The notes under the pieces were generated by a model. That model had not been told where the DNA came from. It worked only from the letters and a program-made list of their open reading frames with translations, and made no database searches. DNA of 64,000 bases from Gammaproteobacteria bacterium (GTDB lineage Bacteria; Pseudomonadota; Gammaproteobacteria; Eutrophobiales; Eutrophobiaceae), in contig JANQJZ010000005.1 in the NCBI GenBank assembly GCA_028281365.1, forward strand, positions 7,192 to 71,191. The letters are read 5' to 3'. Positions 1 through 12,580 of the stretch are shown one piece after another. Each line of letters begins with the position of its first letter. The stretch's first letter is position 1. Made by a program: the position numbers and the translations under genes.

Positions 1-157
1 AGCTGTGGCGGGCATCGCTGGCACCAATATGGAAACAATTCTCGCCTTTGTTTAACAGGTCTTTTAAAAAAACGATCTCGGGCTCAAACTTTTTACCTTT
101 CTTGTTCCTTATATAAGTACGTATGGCTGCGATGATTATGTTTATATTCGGTTTCAT
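1..157 (-). CDS. hypothetical protein, N-terminal part only (gene runs off the left edge)
   Basis: ATG at 155..157 (minus) opens a frame that stays open to nt 1: MKPNINIIIAAIRTYIRNKKGKKFEPEIVFLKDLLNKGENCFHIGASDARHS. Same strand and AT-rich composition as the neighbouring glycosyltransferase genes. Below the ORF-track length cutoff. No clear SD. Confidence 0.3.
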   Translation of the reverse strand, partial: MKPNINIIIAAIRTYIRNKKGKKFEPEIVFLKDLLNKGENCFHIGASDARHS

Positions 158-212
158 ATCAATTCGCTATTTTATAACTTACCAGGTTAATGACTCCCTG
201 AAATATCTTAAT

Positions 213-1148
213 CTATTTGCTTTGTTCCCACAGTGGTTTCCAGTCAAAAAAAGGCGGCAGTGATTCTTCTGATTGAAGATGTACTGCTACAGCCGGTATC
301 GGTGAAAACCCGGGAATATGATTAAACAGATAATTTGTCGTCTTTTTTTCAGAACCCAGATGTCGCTTTTCCTTGATACCAACATATTTTGTATTTTCAA
401 AATACTGCCAATATTGTTTTACAACATTTGAATGAGTGAGAAAGGTATGGGTAGCATTACTAATTGTTCGCCAACGCCTGTTCTCTCCTCGCAAAATATA
501 AGAAGGATAATAATATTGACTATAAATCAATTCATGCTCCTGGGGATGAATTAATATATGCGAGCCTGTTTCTTTATATACCTTACGATAGAAATAAACC
601 ATCTCGCTTATAGCTGAGGAAACATGCAGGTAATCATCTTCACAAAAATAGATAAGTGCTTCCCTGTCTTTTGCATAAGCAAAGTGCTCATGTAAAGATG
701 CCCCCTGTCCCGTTTCTTTAGTGGTTTTTATAAGCCACTCACATTTTAATTTATCACAAAGTTGATTTAGCTTGTCCAGTACGTCTTGATCTGAACGATC
801 ATCAAAAATAACCAGACTTATTTTCAGCCCGTTATCAGCTGCATGATTCACAGCCAGTACTAAAGAATGAATACACCTTATTAAATGTTCCTCCAGGCTG
901 ACCTTTGTTAATTCGCTGTGTATACCTCTGGTCCGTTTTTCATTAATACAGGTACGCAGGTATATTTCGATCTTATCTGTGTTGTCGCATTCAAAATCTT
1001 TATTGGAACTAAATGATTCATAAACTTTTTTCTGCGCTTCAAGATTATTAAAATTTTTTAAAGGTAATAAATTATATTGCGGGTGTCTTTTTATAGAATA
1101 CCCTCGCTTCTTTAAAAGGCGGTCCAGAATGCGTAATGCTTCATTCAT
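213..1148 (-). CDS. putative glycosyltransferase (GT-A/GT2-like), LPS/core oligosaccharide locus
   Basis: 311-aa ORF whose start overlaps the stop of the upstream GT9 gene by 8 nt (operon). Acidic FCEDDY (DxD-like) motif. Family assigned by pattern only. Confidence 0.5.
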   Translation of the reverse strand: MNEALRILDRLLKKRGYSIKRHPQYNLLPLKNFNNLEAQKKVYESFSSNKDFECDNTDKIEIYLRTCINEKRTRGIHSELTKVSLEEHLIRCIHSLVLAVNHAADNGLKISLVIFDDRSDQDVLDKLNQLCDKLKCEWLIKTTKETGQGASLHEHFAYAKDREALIYFCEDDYLHVSSAISEMVYFYRKVYKETGSHILIHPQEHELIYSQYYYPSYILRGENRRWRTISNATHTFLTHSNVVKQYWQYFENTKYVGIKEKRHLGSEKKTTNYLFNHIPGFSPIPAVAVHLQSEESLPPFFDWKPLWEQSK

Positions 1149-2049
1149 TTAAAAATGTCCTTATTGCATTACTAATATCATCAAAATTAATATTGCGCGC
1201 ATCATTCTGTTCACCCCGAAAACAAATTGAAGGAACACCCCAGGGTTTAAAACGTTCAGGACCGACCTGACTAAAAAAACTTATTGTCGGTGTCCTGACG
1301 GCACTGGCAATGTGCCCAAGACCGGAATCAGGACCGATATAAAGTCTGGTTCTTTCAAGCAATGCGGCTGCTTCCATTAAACTATTTCCAGTCGCATTAA
1401 CATAAGGCATTTTTATTTTGCTTGCTACCCGGCAGGTATTTTCATCTTCGGCTCCACCGCCCAGGAAAACAACCCCGGAAAAATCACTTGCATGCCGCTC
1501 AAGCAATTTTATAAATCTTTCAACGTTTAAGGTCTTGACCGGTTTATTCGGATCACCAACAGATAGCGCTAATAACTTTTGTTTATCTTTAAAACTATTC
1601 AGCTTCTGATCAGCATAATTTCTATCCCTGTCTGATAACCAGACTTTTGTTTCAGGTATTGGTCTGGCTTCGTGCAAACTGGCAATAACACCCATTAATT
1701 CTTCTACAGCATGCTCGCCATAGGGTCTGGATTTCCATTTTGTATATTTATTTTTTCCCCTTAATAAATAGGCAAGACCATCCGTTCGTAAATCCACAAT
1801 AATATCGTAACGTGTGCTCCACAATTTGAATATTAAATCAGGGACGCCTCTTAGAAATTTATCCTTATCTTTGAGATAAAGCTGTCTTTTATAGGGACAA
1901 TTTTCATACAGGCTTACGGATCTTCGATCTGTCACAATATCAAACAGCGCGTCAGGGTATAGGGCATGTAAAGACTGTAACACCGGCGTTGTCATTACAG
2001 CATCCCCCACTGAACTTAAACCAATAAATAATATATTCCTGGTCAGCAT
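1141..2049 (-). CDS. glycosyltransferase family 9 (ADP-heptose:LPS heptosyltransferase-like)
   Basis: 302 aa. N-terminal ILFIGLSSVGDAVMTTPVLQSL and C-terminal GPDSGLGHIASA motifs are typical of GT9 heptosyltransferases. Confidence 0.8.
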   Translation of the reverse strand: MLTRNILFIGLSSVGDAVMTTPVLQSLHALYPDALFDIVTDRRSVSLYENCPYKRQLYLKDKDKFLRGVPDLIFKLWSTRYDIIVDLRTDGLAYLLRGKNKYTKWKSRPYGEHAVEELMGVIASLHEARPIPETKVWLSDRDRNYADQKLNSFKDKQKLLALSVGDPNKPVKTLNVERFIKLLERHASDFSGVVFLGGGAEDENTCRVASKIKMPYVNATGNSLMEAAALLERTRLYIGPDSGLGHIASAVRTPTISFFSQVGPERFKPWGVPSICFRGEQNDARNINFDDISNAIRTFLNE

Positions 2050-2064
2050 CTATATATGGCACTG

Positions 2065-2466
2065 CTATTCATTATTGGTACCATAATCTTCATAAGATTT
2101 CTCTTCAATTAATTCGGACCCGGTTTTACTATTTATTACATGTTTAATTTTTGCCCGTTTATCATTACTAAAATAAACAGACCTCGCCAACGCAATAAAC
2201 TCCTTGTCAAATAATTGCAGTCTTTCTTTTTCCCTGATGGCATCTTCAATTTCCCAAAGCTGTTCATTGATGGCTTTTAACTCATCAATTTCATTTGCCA
2301 GTTCAGTATTAACATAAGCAGACTCTTGCCATTGCCCGGTTAAAACTGCTAATTCTTTATTAATATTTTCCAGCTTAATCGGATCGCTGATTCTTTCCGT
2401 TTTAATTTTCAAAATACTTATTTTGTCCAATAACTCTCCGACTGATATATCTATTTTAATGCTCAC
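2065..2466 (-). CDS. hypothetical coiled-coil protein (resembles DUF6165-type proteins seen in LPS loci)
   Basis: 133-aa helical ORF with ...LWEIEDAIREKE...FIALARSVYFSNDKRAKIK... Sits between mnmE and the GT9 gene. Family recollection is tentative. Confidence 0.45.
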   Translation of the reverse strand: MSIKIDISVGELLDKISILKIKTERISDPIKLENINKELAVLTGQWQESAYVNTELANEIDELKAINEQLWEIEDAIREKERLQLFDKEFIALARSVYFSNDKRAKIKHVINSKTGSELIEEKSYEDYGTNNE

Positions 2467-2481
2467 GCTAATTACTCTCTT

Positions 2482-3825
2482 TTATTTGCCAATACAAAAC
2501 CGTGAAAAAATCTCTCCCAAAATATCATCTGTGGTCGTTTTACCCGTTATCTCGTCAAAACCATTTAATGATTGTCTCAATTCTTCTGCAATGATCTCCA
2601 GACCTGAATTTTTTTCGATGGCTTCCAATGCCCGGTTTAAAGATTCGCTAATCCTTTTTATTGCATCAATATGCCGTTTTCGTGCAAAGATTATATCGTT
2701 TTCAGCCGATGTGTATTCAAGACTTTTACATATCTGTTGAATGAGTGTCTCCATCCCCTCTCCTGTTTTTGCGGAAACAAAAATATCTTTTTCATTTCTG
2801 ACAAGAGCTTTTTTATCACAAAGATCAATTTTGTTCCGCACAACAGTAGCTTTAACAAAGTCAGGGATCGATTTTGAAGCTTCTGTCAATTGTTGCTTAT
2901 CATCTTTACTTGCATCAATTACATACAAAACTAAATCAGCCATGTTTATCGCTTTATTTGTTCTATTAATCCCCTCTAATTCAATTTCATCCTCAGTGAC
3001 ATGAATACCTGCCGTATCTATCAAAGTAAACAGGTTGCCCTCCAGTAACACCGTTTCTTTAATAATATCTCGCGTTGTGCCTGGTCTGGCTGAAACAATA
3101 GCTGAATCATTCCTGCTCAAATAATTAATAATACTTGATTTCCCAACATTGGGCGGGCCAATGATTACGATCGATGGACTTTTACTTAAAACGCTGCCAG
3201 CCTCCGCTTTTTTTAACAATTCACTCAAGCAATTTATGCTTTCATTGATGGTATTCAAAACCGGCGCAAGCTTAATGCCGACATCTTCTTCCTCTGTAAA
3301 ATCCAGAGAAGCTTCGATCAAACTGCTGGCTTTAAAAATTTGATCTCTTAAATTCGATACCTGCCTGGAAAACACACCACTAAGTGATTGCATTGCTGAA
3401 CGCGCTGCTTTTTTAGATGAACTATCAATAAGGTCAGCAACAGCTTCGGCCTGAACCAGGTCCATCTTATTGTTCAAAAATGCCCGCTCGGTAAACTCAC
3501 CCGGTCTTGCTGCCCGCGCACCTAAAGAATAAATCTCGTCTAACAGGACATCTAATAATATTCTGTTGCCATGTAAATGGCATTCGATAACATCTTCGCC
3601 TGTATAAGACGCTGGCGCCTTGAAATAGATGATCATGCCCTTATCAATCAGGTCATTATTTGCGGCTTTAAATTCCGCATAATGTGCGAATCGGGGCGTC
3701 GGGTTTATACCGGTTAATTTTTCAGCGATTTCTTTACTGTTATCGCCGGAGATTCGGATTATACCGATACCACTGCGACCGGCTGCTGTAGCTATTGCGG
3801 CAATAGTATCCTTATTAGTAAACAT
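2482..3825 (-). CDS. mnmE: tRNA uridine-5-carboxymethylaminomethyl modification GTPase MnmE
   Basis: 447 aa. G-domain motifs GPPNVGKSS and DTAGI, diagnostic C-terminal CIGK. Canonical position next to yidC. Confidence 0.96.
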   Translation of the reverse strand: MFTNKDTIAAIATAAGRSGIGIIRISGDNSKEIAEKLTGINPTPRFAHYAEFKAANNDLIDKGMIIYFKAPASYTGEDVIECHLHGNRILLDVLLDEIYSLGARAARPGEFTERAFLNNKMDLVQAEAVADLIDSSSKKAARSAMQSLSGVFSRQVSNLRDQIFKASSLIEASLDFTEEEDVGIKLAPVLNTINESINCLSELLKKAEAGSVLSKSPSIVIIGPPNVGKSSIINYLSRNDSAIVSARPGTTRDIIKETVLLEGNLFTLIDTAGIHVTEDEIELEGINRTNKAINMADLVLYVIDASKDDKQQLTEASKSIPDFVKATVVRNKIDLCDKKALVRNEKDIFVSAKTGEGMETLIQQICKSLEYTSAENDIIFARKRHIDAIKRISESLNRALEAIEKNSGLEIIAEELRQSLNGFDEITGKTTTDDILGEIFSRFCIGK

Positions 3826-3838
3826 TGGTGTTTACCTG

Positions 3839-5494
3839 TCACTTTGCCAGGCCAGCTTTTTCCAGATTACGGGTAATCGCCCACTGTTGAGCTATGGAAA
3901 GGATATTATTAACTACCCAGTACAACACTAACCCGGAAGGGAAAAATGCAAAAAATACAGTAAAGACAATTGGCAAAATAGTCATAACTTTTTCCTGCAC
4001 AGGATCCAGTGGCGCAGGGTTAAGTTTCTGCTGTACAAACATCGTCACACCCATTAACAAGGGCAACACAAAATAAGGATCCGGTGCAGAGAGATCATTA
4101 ATCCACAATACAAAGTCGGCCTGTCTCAGTTCAACACTTTCTAATAAAACCCAATACAAGGAAATAAAAACCGGAATTTGTACCAGGATAGGAAAACAGC
4201 CTCCTAGTGGATTTATTTTTTCTTCCTTATAAATATCCATCATCGCCTGGTTCAATCTTGCACGATCATCCTTGTACCTTTCCCTGATAGATAACAGTCT
4301 TGGTTGAACTCGCCGCATGTTTGCCATCGAACGATAACCGGCTGCTGATAAACGATAAAATATAATCTTTAATAAAAGTGTCACCAATATAATTGACCAG
4401 CCCCAGTTATTTGTATAATGATTAATATAATCCAGCACCCAAAACAATGGCTTCGCTATAAACCAGAATATGCCGTAGTCAACAGTTAACTCTAAACCTT
4501 CTGCCAACTGCTTTAATTCTTTTTGGGTTTTTGGACCAAAATAAACACGATGATTAAAACCGGTACTATTTCCAGCTGATATATTCTTCGCTGGCGTTAT
4601 TGCACCAATAACATAACTTTTTTTATCCGGGTTAAGCGTGTAGTAATGATATTGGTCCTGTTTGGAACCCGGTATTAGTGCCGTAATAAAATAATGCTGG
4701 AGCATCGCTGCCCAGCCATTAACAATATCTAACGATAAGTTATTATCCTGAATATCATCAAAATCTATTTTTTCATAGCGTTTTTCCGGCGAAGAAATTA
4801 CTGCGCCGGTATAGGTATAAATAAATTTAGATCCATTTTCTGTTAATCCTGTTCTATTTATCTGGCTATATGCGCTGCCGGACCAGTTGCCGGTTGTTGA
4901 ATTTTCTATTTGGTACTCAACGTCTGCAACATATTTGCCCCTGTAAAATGTAAATATTTTAACGACGTTTAGTCCGGATTCTGATCTCCAGTAAAAAGGC
5001 ACTGTGATCTGGTCCGCTTTTCCAAGATCATAGGTTTCCTGATCTGTCATAAATTCCGTTTTATGATTTGCTGTTTCATTTTTACTTAATAAACCACCCT
5101 GCAAAAGATAAAAATCATTCGTTTCATTTCTTAATAAAACAACGGGTTTATTTAGACGATTTTTGTCAACCGGGTACTCTATTAAAGCAAGCCTTTGAAT
5201 GGTAGCACCGAGCATACTGATATCCAGATCCAGTACATCTGTTTTTACATTAACAACAGCGCCTGTTTGAGATTCTATCTCTGGTAAGGACTCAGTTGGT
5301 GCGGAAACTTGCTCTGTCTGTTGATCAATACTCTCTAAATCCGGCAGGTCTTCTGCAGGCGGTTCCTGTTCTATTAGCGAATGCTCAACAGGTTTTTCCT
5401 GATACTGTTCACCATAATCCTCTTGCCACGCCTGCCAGATCATGGTTAAGACAAGGCCGAGCGAGATTAATAAAATAAACCGTGTTGTATCCAT
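3839..5494 (-). CDS. yidC: membrane protein insertase YidC
   Basis: 551 aa. N-terminal TM, large periplasmic domain, conserved C-terminal core (...PLGGCFPILVQIPVFISLYWVL... FPSGLVLYWVVNNILSIAQQ). rpmH-rnpA-yidD-yidC synteny. Confidence 0.96.
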   Translation of the reverse strand: MDTTRFILLISLGLVLTMIWQAWQEDYGEQYQEKPVEHSLIEQEPPAEDLPDLESIDQQTEQVSAPTESLPEIESQTGAVVNVKTDVLDLDISMLGATIQRLALIEYPVDKNRLNKPVVLLRNETNDFYLLQGGLLSKNETANHKTEFMTDQETYDLGKADQITVPFYWRSESGLNVVKIFTFYRGKYVADVEYQIENSTTGNWSGSAYSQINRTGLTENGSKFIYTYTGAVISSPEKRYEKIDFDDIQDNNLSLDIVNGWAAMLQHYFITALIPGSKQDQYHYYTLNPDKKSYVIGAITPAKNISAGNSTGFNHRVYFGPKTQKELKQLAEGLELTVDYGIFWFIAKPLFWVLDYINHYTNNWGWSIILVTLLLKIIFYRLSAAGYRSMANMRRVQPRLLSIRERYKDDRARLNQAMMDIYKEEKINPLGGCFPILVQIPVFISLYWVLLESVELRQADFVLWINDLSAPDPYFVLPLLMGVTMFVQQKLNPAPLDPVQEKVMTILPIVFTVFFAFFPSGLVLYWVVNNILSIAQQWAITRNLEKAGLAK

Positions 5495-5724
5495 TATTGC
5501 TCAACTTTGTCTTGATACGGCAGCGGATCATAACCGCCTTCATGAAATGGGTGGCAGCGACAAATTCTGCGCCCGCCCATTACGCAGCCCCTAACAATTC
5601 CGTATTGTCTAATTGCCTCGGCAGTATATTCCGAGCAAGAAGGAATATAACGACAGCAAGGCGACATAAAAACACTTATATATCGTTGGTAAAACACTAT
5701 TAATTTCAGTAAGACTACGCGCAT
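5494..5724 (-). CDS. yidD: membrane protein insertion efficiency factor YidD
   Basis: 76 aa. [11 protein letters not shown] and [11 protein letters not shown] motifs. Overlaps rnpA by 10 nt. Confidence 0.93.
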   Translation of the reverse strand: MRVVLLKLIVFYQRYISVFMSPCCRYIPSCSEYTAEAIRQYGIVRGCVMGGRRICRCHPFHEGGYDPLPYQDKVEQ

Positions 5725-6074
5725 TTATTAATTTTCTTACAATGTTTATCTAAAACCAGATCAAACTGTTTACGGTTAATGTTTTCAACAGGCTTTCTTA
5801 CCATCACGACAATATCGAGCCCTGTAAAAAGGTGTTTTTTATGTCTAAAACTTTCTCTTATTACACGCTTAATGCGATTACGATCTATAGATCGTTGTAT
5901 ATATTTCTTTGGAACAGCAAGACCCAGGCGTGCATATTCCCTATTATTTTTTTCAAACAAAAACAGAAAAAGATCATCAACAGAACGTTGCCTGGAAGAA
6001 AATACTTTTTGAAAATCTTTCGGTCTTCTCAGTCTGTATAAAGAGCGAAAGCTGGCCCCGGGAGAAGAAGACAC
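5715..6074 (-). CDS. rnpA: ribonuclease P protein component
   Basis: Basic 119-aa protein immediately downstream of rpmH (universal rpmH-rnpA arrangement). Confidence 0.92.
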   Translation of the reverse strand: MSSSPGASFRSLYRLRRPKDFQKVFSSRQRSVDDLFLFLFEKNNREYARLGLAVPKKYIQRSIDRNRIKRVIRESFRHKKHLFTGLDIVVMVRKPVENINRKQFDLVLDKHCKKINKCA

Positions 6075-6091
6075 GTTAATTTAACAATTAT

Positions 6092-6226
6092 TCAGGCAGA
6101 AAGCCGTTTTCTTCCCTTACTTCTGCGTGCCTTAATAATAAGCCTGCCCGAACGAGTCTTCATGCGAGCGCGAAAACCGTGGTTTCTCTTCCGCTTTAAT
6201 TTGCTTGGTTGATATGTTTGTTTCAT
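6092..6226 (-). CDS. rpmH: 50S ribosomal protein L34
   Basis: Not in the ORF track (44 aa). My translation is [44 protein letters not shown], the canonical L34 sequence. Confidence 0.95.
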   Translation of the reverse strand: MKQTYQPSKLKRKRNHGFRARMKTRSGRLIIKARRSKGRKRLSA

Positions 6227-6334
6227 GTTATCTAAGCCTGTAATTTAATTAGGCACTGCTAAAAGGCCGCATATGGTACTGTTGTGGTGGCAAAAAAGTC
6301 AATCAGAGCGAATGTTTTTGTCCGTTTTCTTAAT

Positions 6335-6343
6335 TGTGGATAA
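6335..6343 (-). promoter_or_regulatory. perfect DnaA box (TTATCCACA on minus strand) in the rpmH-dnaA spacer
   Basis: The plus strand reads TGTGGATAA, 64 nt upstream of the dnaA start. Consistent with dnaA autoregulation and/or an origin element. Confidence 0.7.
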
Positions 6344-6406
6344 CTTTTTTAATCAGGTATAAACTTCCCTATCTCTTCATTTTCTAAATCTCAACGAGGA
6401 TTATAA

Positions 6407-7765
6407 GTGGGCATATCCCCTTGGAAACGTTGCTTGGAGCGGCTCGAAGGCGAATTATCACCGCAACAATTCAATACATGGATTAGACCATTACACGCGA
6501 TAGAAAATGATCAAAGCATACGCTTGCTTGCACCAAATAGATTTGTCCTTGATTGGATTAATGAAAGATATCTCTCCAGAATTCAGGAGTTAATCAGTGG
6601 TACTGAAAACAGCCAGGAGATAACCCTAAAACTGGAAATCGGTAGTCGTAACCGAAATGAACCGGTCGTTGAACAGAACCGAACCAGGGATCGACAAACC
6701 GCTAGCCCGATCAAGAAACCTGTCAACAATAAGCCAAGTAAACACTCGAGTAATTTAAACAGTTCTTTTACCTTTGATACTTTTGTTGAGGGAAAATCAA
6801 ATCAATTAGCGCGGGCAGCTTCATTTCAGGTTGCGGAAAACCCTGGCGCGGCGTACAACCCACTTTTCATATATGGCGGTGTAGGCCTTGGCAAAACACA
6901 TCTTATGCATGCTGTCGGTGCTGCAATACTTGAACAAAAACCTAGCGCCAATATTGCTTATCTTCACTCTGAGCGGTTTGTCGCCGATATGGTTCGCGCT
7001 CTTCAACACAATGCGATAAACGAATTCAAACGACATTATCGTTCATTAGATGCGTTACTCATCGACGATATTCAGTTTTTTGCTGGTAAAGAACGATCCC
7101 AGGAAGAGTTTTTTCATACATTCAATGCCCTCCTCGAGGGACAACACCAGATCGTTTTAACATGTGACCGATATCCAAAGGAGGTCAATGGACTTGAGGA
7201 GCGTTTAAAATCGCGGTTTGGCTGGGGCTTAACCGTATCGATAGATCCCCCTGAACTGGAAACGCGGGTTGCCATCATCCGCAAGAAGGCACTGCAGGCG
7301 CAAAAATATCTTCCGGACGAAGTCTCTTTTTTCATTGCTAAACGTTTTCGATCAAACGTAAGGGAATTGGAAGGTGCGCTTAACAGGGTCATCGCCAATG
7401 CGAACCTTACAGGTAACCAAATATCGTTAGATTTCACCCAAAACGCGTTACGTGACTTGCTCATAATCCAGGATAAGCAAGTAACTATTGAAAACATTCA
7501 AAAAACTGCTGCAGAGTACTATAAAATCCGCGTAGCTGATTTATTATCAAAACGACGCAACCGTTCAATTGCCCGGCCCAGACAGGTTGCTATGGCTCTA
7601 TCAAAAGAACTAACGAATCATAGTCTGCCCGAGATAGGTGATGCCTTCGGCGGGCGTGATCACACTACTGTTTTACATGCGTGTAGAAAAATTCATGAAT
7701 TAAGAAAAACAGAACACCGTATAGAAGAAGATTACGTCAACCTGATAAATACATTAACAAGCTGA
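6407..7765 (+). CDS. dnaA: chromosomal replication initiator protein DnaA
   Basis: 452 aa, GTG start. AAA+ Walker [12 protein letters not shown]-terminal DNA-binding helix region ...[16 protein letters not shown]... Confidence 0.97.
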   Translation: MGISPWKRCLERLEGELSPQQFNTWIRPLHAIENDQSIRLLAPNRFVLDWINERYLSRIQELISGTENSQEITLKLEIGSRNRNEPVVEQNRTRDRQTASPIKKPVNNKPSKHSSNLNSSFTFDTFVEGKSNQLARAASFQVAENPGAAYNPLFIYGGVGLGKTHLMHAVGAAILEQKPSANIAYLHSERFVADMVRALQHNAINEFKRHYRSLDALLIDDIQFFAGKERSQEEFFHTFNALLEGQHQIVLTCDRYPKEVNGLEERLKSRFGWGLTVSIDPPELETRVAIIRKKALQAQKYLPDEVSFFIAKRFRSNVRELEGALNRVIANANLTGNQISLDFTQNALRDLLIIQDKQVTIENIQKTAAEYYKIRVADLLSKRRNRSIARPRQVAMALSKELTNHSLPEIGDAFGGRDHTTVLHACRKIHELRKTEHRIEEDYVNLINTLTS

Positions 7766-7840
7766 AAATCATTTGTGGAGAAAGTGTTGAATAAATTAAA
7801 AAAGAATTTCATTAACATATTATCAACAAGTGATTACTGT

Positions 7841-7849
7841 TTATCCACA
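7841..7849 (+). promoter_or_regulatory. perfect DnaA box TTATCCACA in the dnaA-dnaN spacer
   Basis: Exact 9-mer. Flanked by near-boxes TTATCAACA (7820..7828) and TTCTCCACA (complement of 7774..7782). Confidence 0.7.
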
Positions 7850-7850
7850 A

Positions 7851-7954
7851 GTATTTTTCGTATTATTTTTTACATAACTTATTGATATTATTATATTTAT
7901 TTTGTTTTTAACATGTTTTTAAATTACTAATAGTAATAATAAAAAGGTATATAT
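7851..7954. other. extremely AT-rich tract (candidate DNA-unwinding element and/or dnaN promoter region)
   Basis: Hand count gives 13 G/C in 104 nt (about 12% GC). Lies directly after the DnaA box and ends at the dnaN start codon. Confidence 0.5.
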
Positions 7955-9055
7955 ATGAAATTTAATATAGATAGGGAAACGTTATTACCCATCCTTCAAA
8001 GCGTAAGTGGTGTTGTCGATCGTCGCCAAACACTACCGATCCTTTCTAACTTATTAATCAATATACAAACCAATTCTCTATCAATTACTGCAACTGATAT
8101 GGAAGTTGAGTTAATTGTTAATCTGGATATCGCAATGGAACAGACTGGTGAAATAACAATACCGGCCAGAAAGTTGTTTGATATATGTCGTGCTTTACCG
8201 CAGGAAGCAAAACTTGAATTTGAGGTAAAAAATGATCGTGTATTAATTAAATCGGGTAAAAGCAGGTTTACATTAGCCAGTTTACCCGCGCAGGAATATC
8301 CTGTTATCGATATCACCGACAATATTGCCTCATTTAAGATAAAACAAAAGAAACTGGAGAGCTTGCTGGAAAACACTCAATTTGCCATGGCCCAGCAAGA
8401 CGTGAGGTACTATCTTAATGGGCTGTTATTAGAGATTTCTGCCAGCACGTTACGTGCAGTAGCAACCGACGGCCATAGATTGGCGCTTGATGAAACTGAA
8501 ATAGAAACATCATTACAGGATACGATCCAGATTATTATCCCGAGGAAGGGCATAACAGAACTGACACGTCTATTGACAGATGATGATAGTGAAATAGAGA
8601 TAGAGGTGAGCACGAATCATATACGTGTAAAAAACAGTAATTCCTGTTTCACCAGTAAATTGATAGACGGCAAGTTTCCCGATTACCAGAGAGTCATACC
8701 TGAATTGAGTGAAACGCCGGTATTAGCACAGCGTGAAGACTTAAAAAGCAGCCTAACCCGGGCATCAATCCTGTCTAACGAAAAATATCGTGGTGTCAGG
8801 ATTATTTTGAGCCCGGATAGTTTAAGAGCACTGGCACATAACCCTGAGCAGGAAGAGGCGGAAGAAGAGCTTGAAGTACAATACCAGGGAGCAGAGATAG
8901 AGATAGGTTTTAACGTGTCTTATTTGCTAGACACCCTTTCTATAATTGATAGCGAAACGGTAAGACTTAGTGTTTTAGATCCAAACAGTAGTTGTTTAAT
9001 ACTTCCAGAAAATGAGTCTCATTCTCGATATGTTGTAATGCCTATGCGACTCTAG
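7955..9055 (+). CDS. dnaN: DNA polymerase III subunit beta (sliding clamp)
   Basis: 366 aa. Typical MKFNIDRETLL...VVMPMRL termini. dnaA-dnaN-recF-gyrB synteny. Confidence 0.97.
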   Translation: MKFNIDRETLLPILQSVSGVVDRRQTLPILSNLLINIQTNSLSITATDMEVELIVNLDIAMEQTGEITIPARKLFDICRALPQEAKLEFEVKNDRVLIKSGKSRFTLASLPAQEYPVIDITDNIASFKIKQKKLESLLENTQFAMAQQDVRYYLNGLLLEISASTLRAVATDGHRLALDETEIETSLQDTIQIIIPRKGITELTRLLTDDDSEIEIEVSTNHIRVKNSNSCFTSKLIDGKFPDYQRVIPELSETPVLAQREDLKSSLTRASILSNEKYRGVRIILSPDSLRALAHNPEQEEAEEELEVQYQGAEIEIGFNVSYLLDTLSIIDSETVRLSVLDPNSSCLILPENESHSRYVVMPMRL

Positions 9056-9058
9056 TTG

Positions 9059-10138
9059 ATGCTGTATATCGATCAGCTTAAGGCAAGCGCAGTACGTAAT
9101 TTAGTCGATCTCGATATAAAACCGGCCAAGGGCCTTAACTTATTCTACGGTCCAAATGCGAGCGGCAAGACTTCAGTATTAGAAACGATATTTCTTTTAT
9201 CACGGGTAAAGTCATTCCGTAGTAAACGTATTGCTGACGTAATACAAAAAGGGGACAAAGTATTACAGGTTTATGCCGAAGGCAGCAATGGAGAATCAAG
9301 ATTTTCCGCAGGTATAGAAAAGGGACACGGCATTACCCGATTAAAATTTGATGGTGAGATGGTACTAACAGCATCTACACAAGCAAAAAAACTACCGGTG
9401 TATATTTTAACGCCGGAATACCAGAGCTTATTTACAGGGACACCTAAAGATCGCCGGCATTGGCTGGATTGGTCGATGTTTCACGTGGAACATGGCTATT
9501 TACAAACATGGAAAAGCTACAGCCGAGCGCTACGCCATAGAAATGCATTGTTAAAGTCAGAACGATATCTGAACTCAAGCGAGATGTTGGGCTGGGAAAG
9601 GCTTATGCAAGAAGAGGGACAGAAGATAGATCAGATGAGACATGCGTATATAAAGGAAATTAATGATTTATTAAATTCTAAATATCTGCCAACAGTTTTG
9701 TCAGCTAATGCCAATGTCTGTTACCAACGAACAGAATATATTGCTGCGGGCCTGGACCATATGCTGGCAAACAGCCGGGAGGAGGATGCTAAAAGAGGTT
9801 ATACGCTATATGGGCCGCATCGTACGGACATTTCTTTCGCCTGTGATGAGCATGACGTGGCCAAACATTTATCAAGGGGACAAACCAAGCTGTTTGCCGC
9901 AGCCTTGATATCCGCACAAATAGCCAATCTCAGAAACAGGGGCATAAATGCATTAATCCTGGTAGATGATCTGGATGCAGAACTTGATGACGATGCTACC
10001 CGGAAGATGTTGGATTTGTTACTAGCGAACGGTTCTCAGGCCTTTGTTTCATCATTGAATAGAAAAGACTGGTTCGGGGAAACCAATAACGCGTTGTTTC
10101 ACGTGAAACACGGCAAAGTTAAGAAAATGATAGAATAA
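9059..10138 (+). CDS. recF: DNA replication/repair protein RecF
   Basis: Walker A GPNASGKTS and signature-like LSRGQTKL. The ATG at 9059 is preferred over the adjacent TTG at 9056 given in the ORF track. Confidence 0.94.
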   Translation: MLYIDQLKASAVRNLVDLDIKPAKGLNLFYGPNASGKTSVLETIFLLSRVKSFRSKRIADVIQKGDKVLQVYAEGSNGESRFSAGIEKGHGITRLKFDGEMVLTASTQAKKLPVYILTPEYQSLFTGTPKDRRHWLDWSMFHVEHGYLQTWKSYSRALRHRNALLKSERYLNSSEMLGWERLMQEEGQKIDQMRHAYIKEINDLLNSKYLPTVLSANANVCYQRTEYIAAGLDHMLANSREEDAKRGYTLYGPHRTDISFACDEHDVAKHLSRGQTKLFAAALISAQIANLRNRGINALILVDDLDAELDDDATRKMLDLLLANGSQAFVSSLNRKDWFGETNNALFHVKHGKVKKMIE

Positions 10139-10147
10139 GCGGTTTAA

Positions 10148-12571
<2,424 letters not shown>

Positions 12572-12580
12572 TTACTTTAT

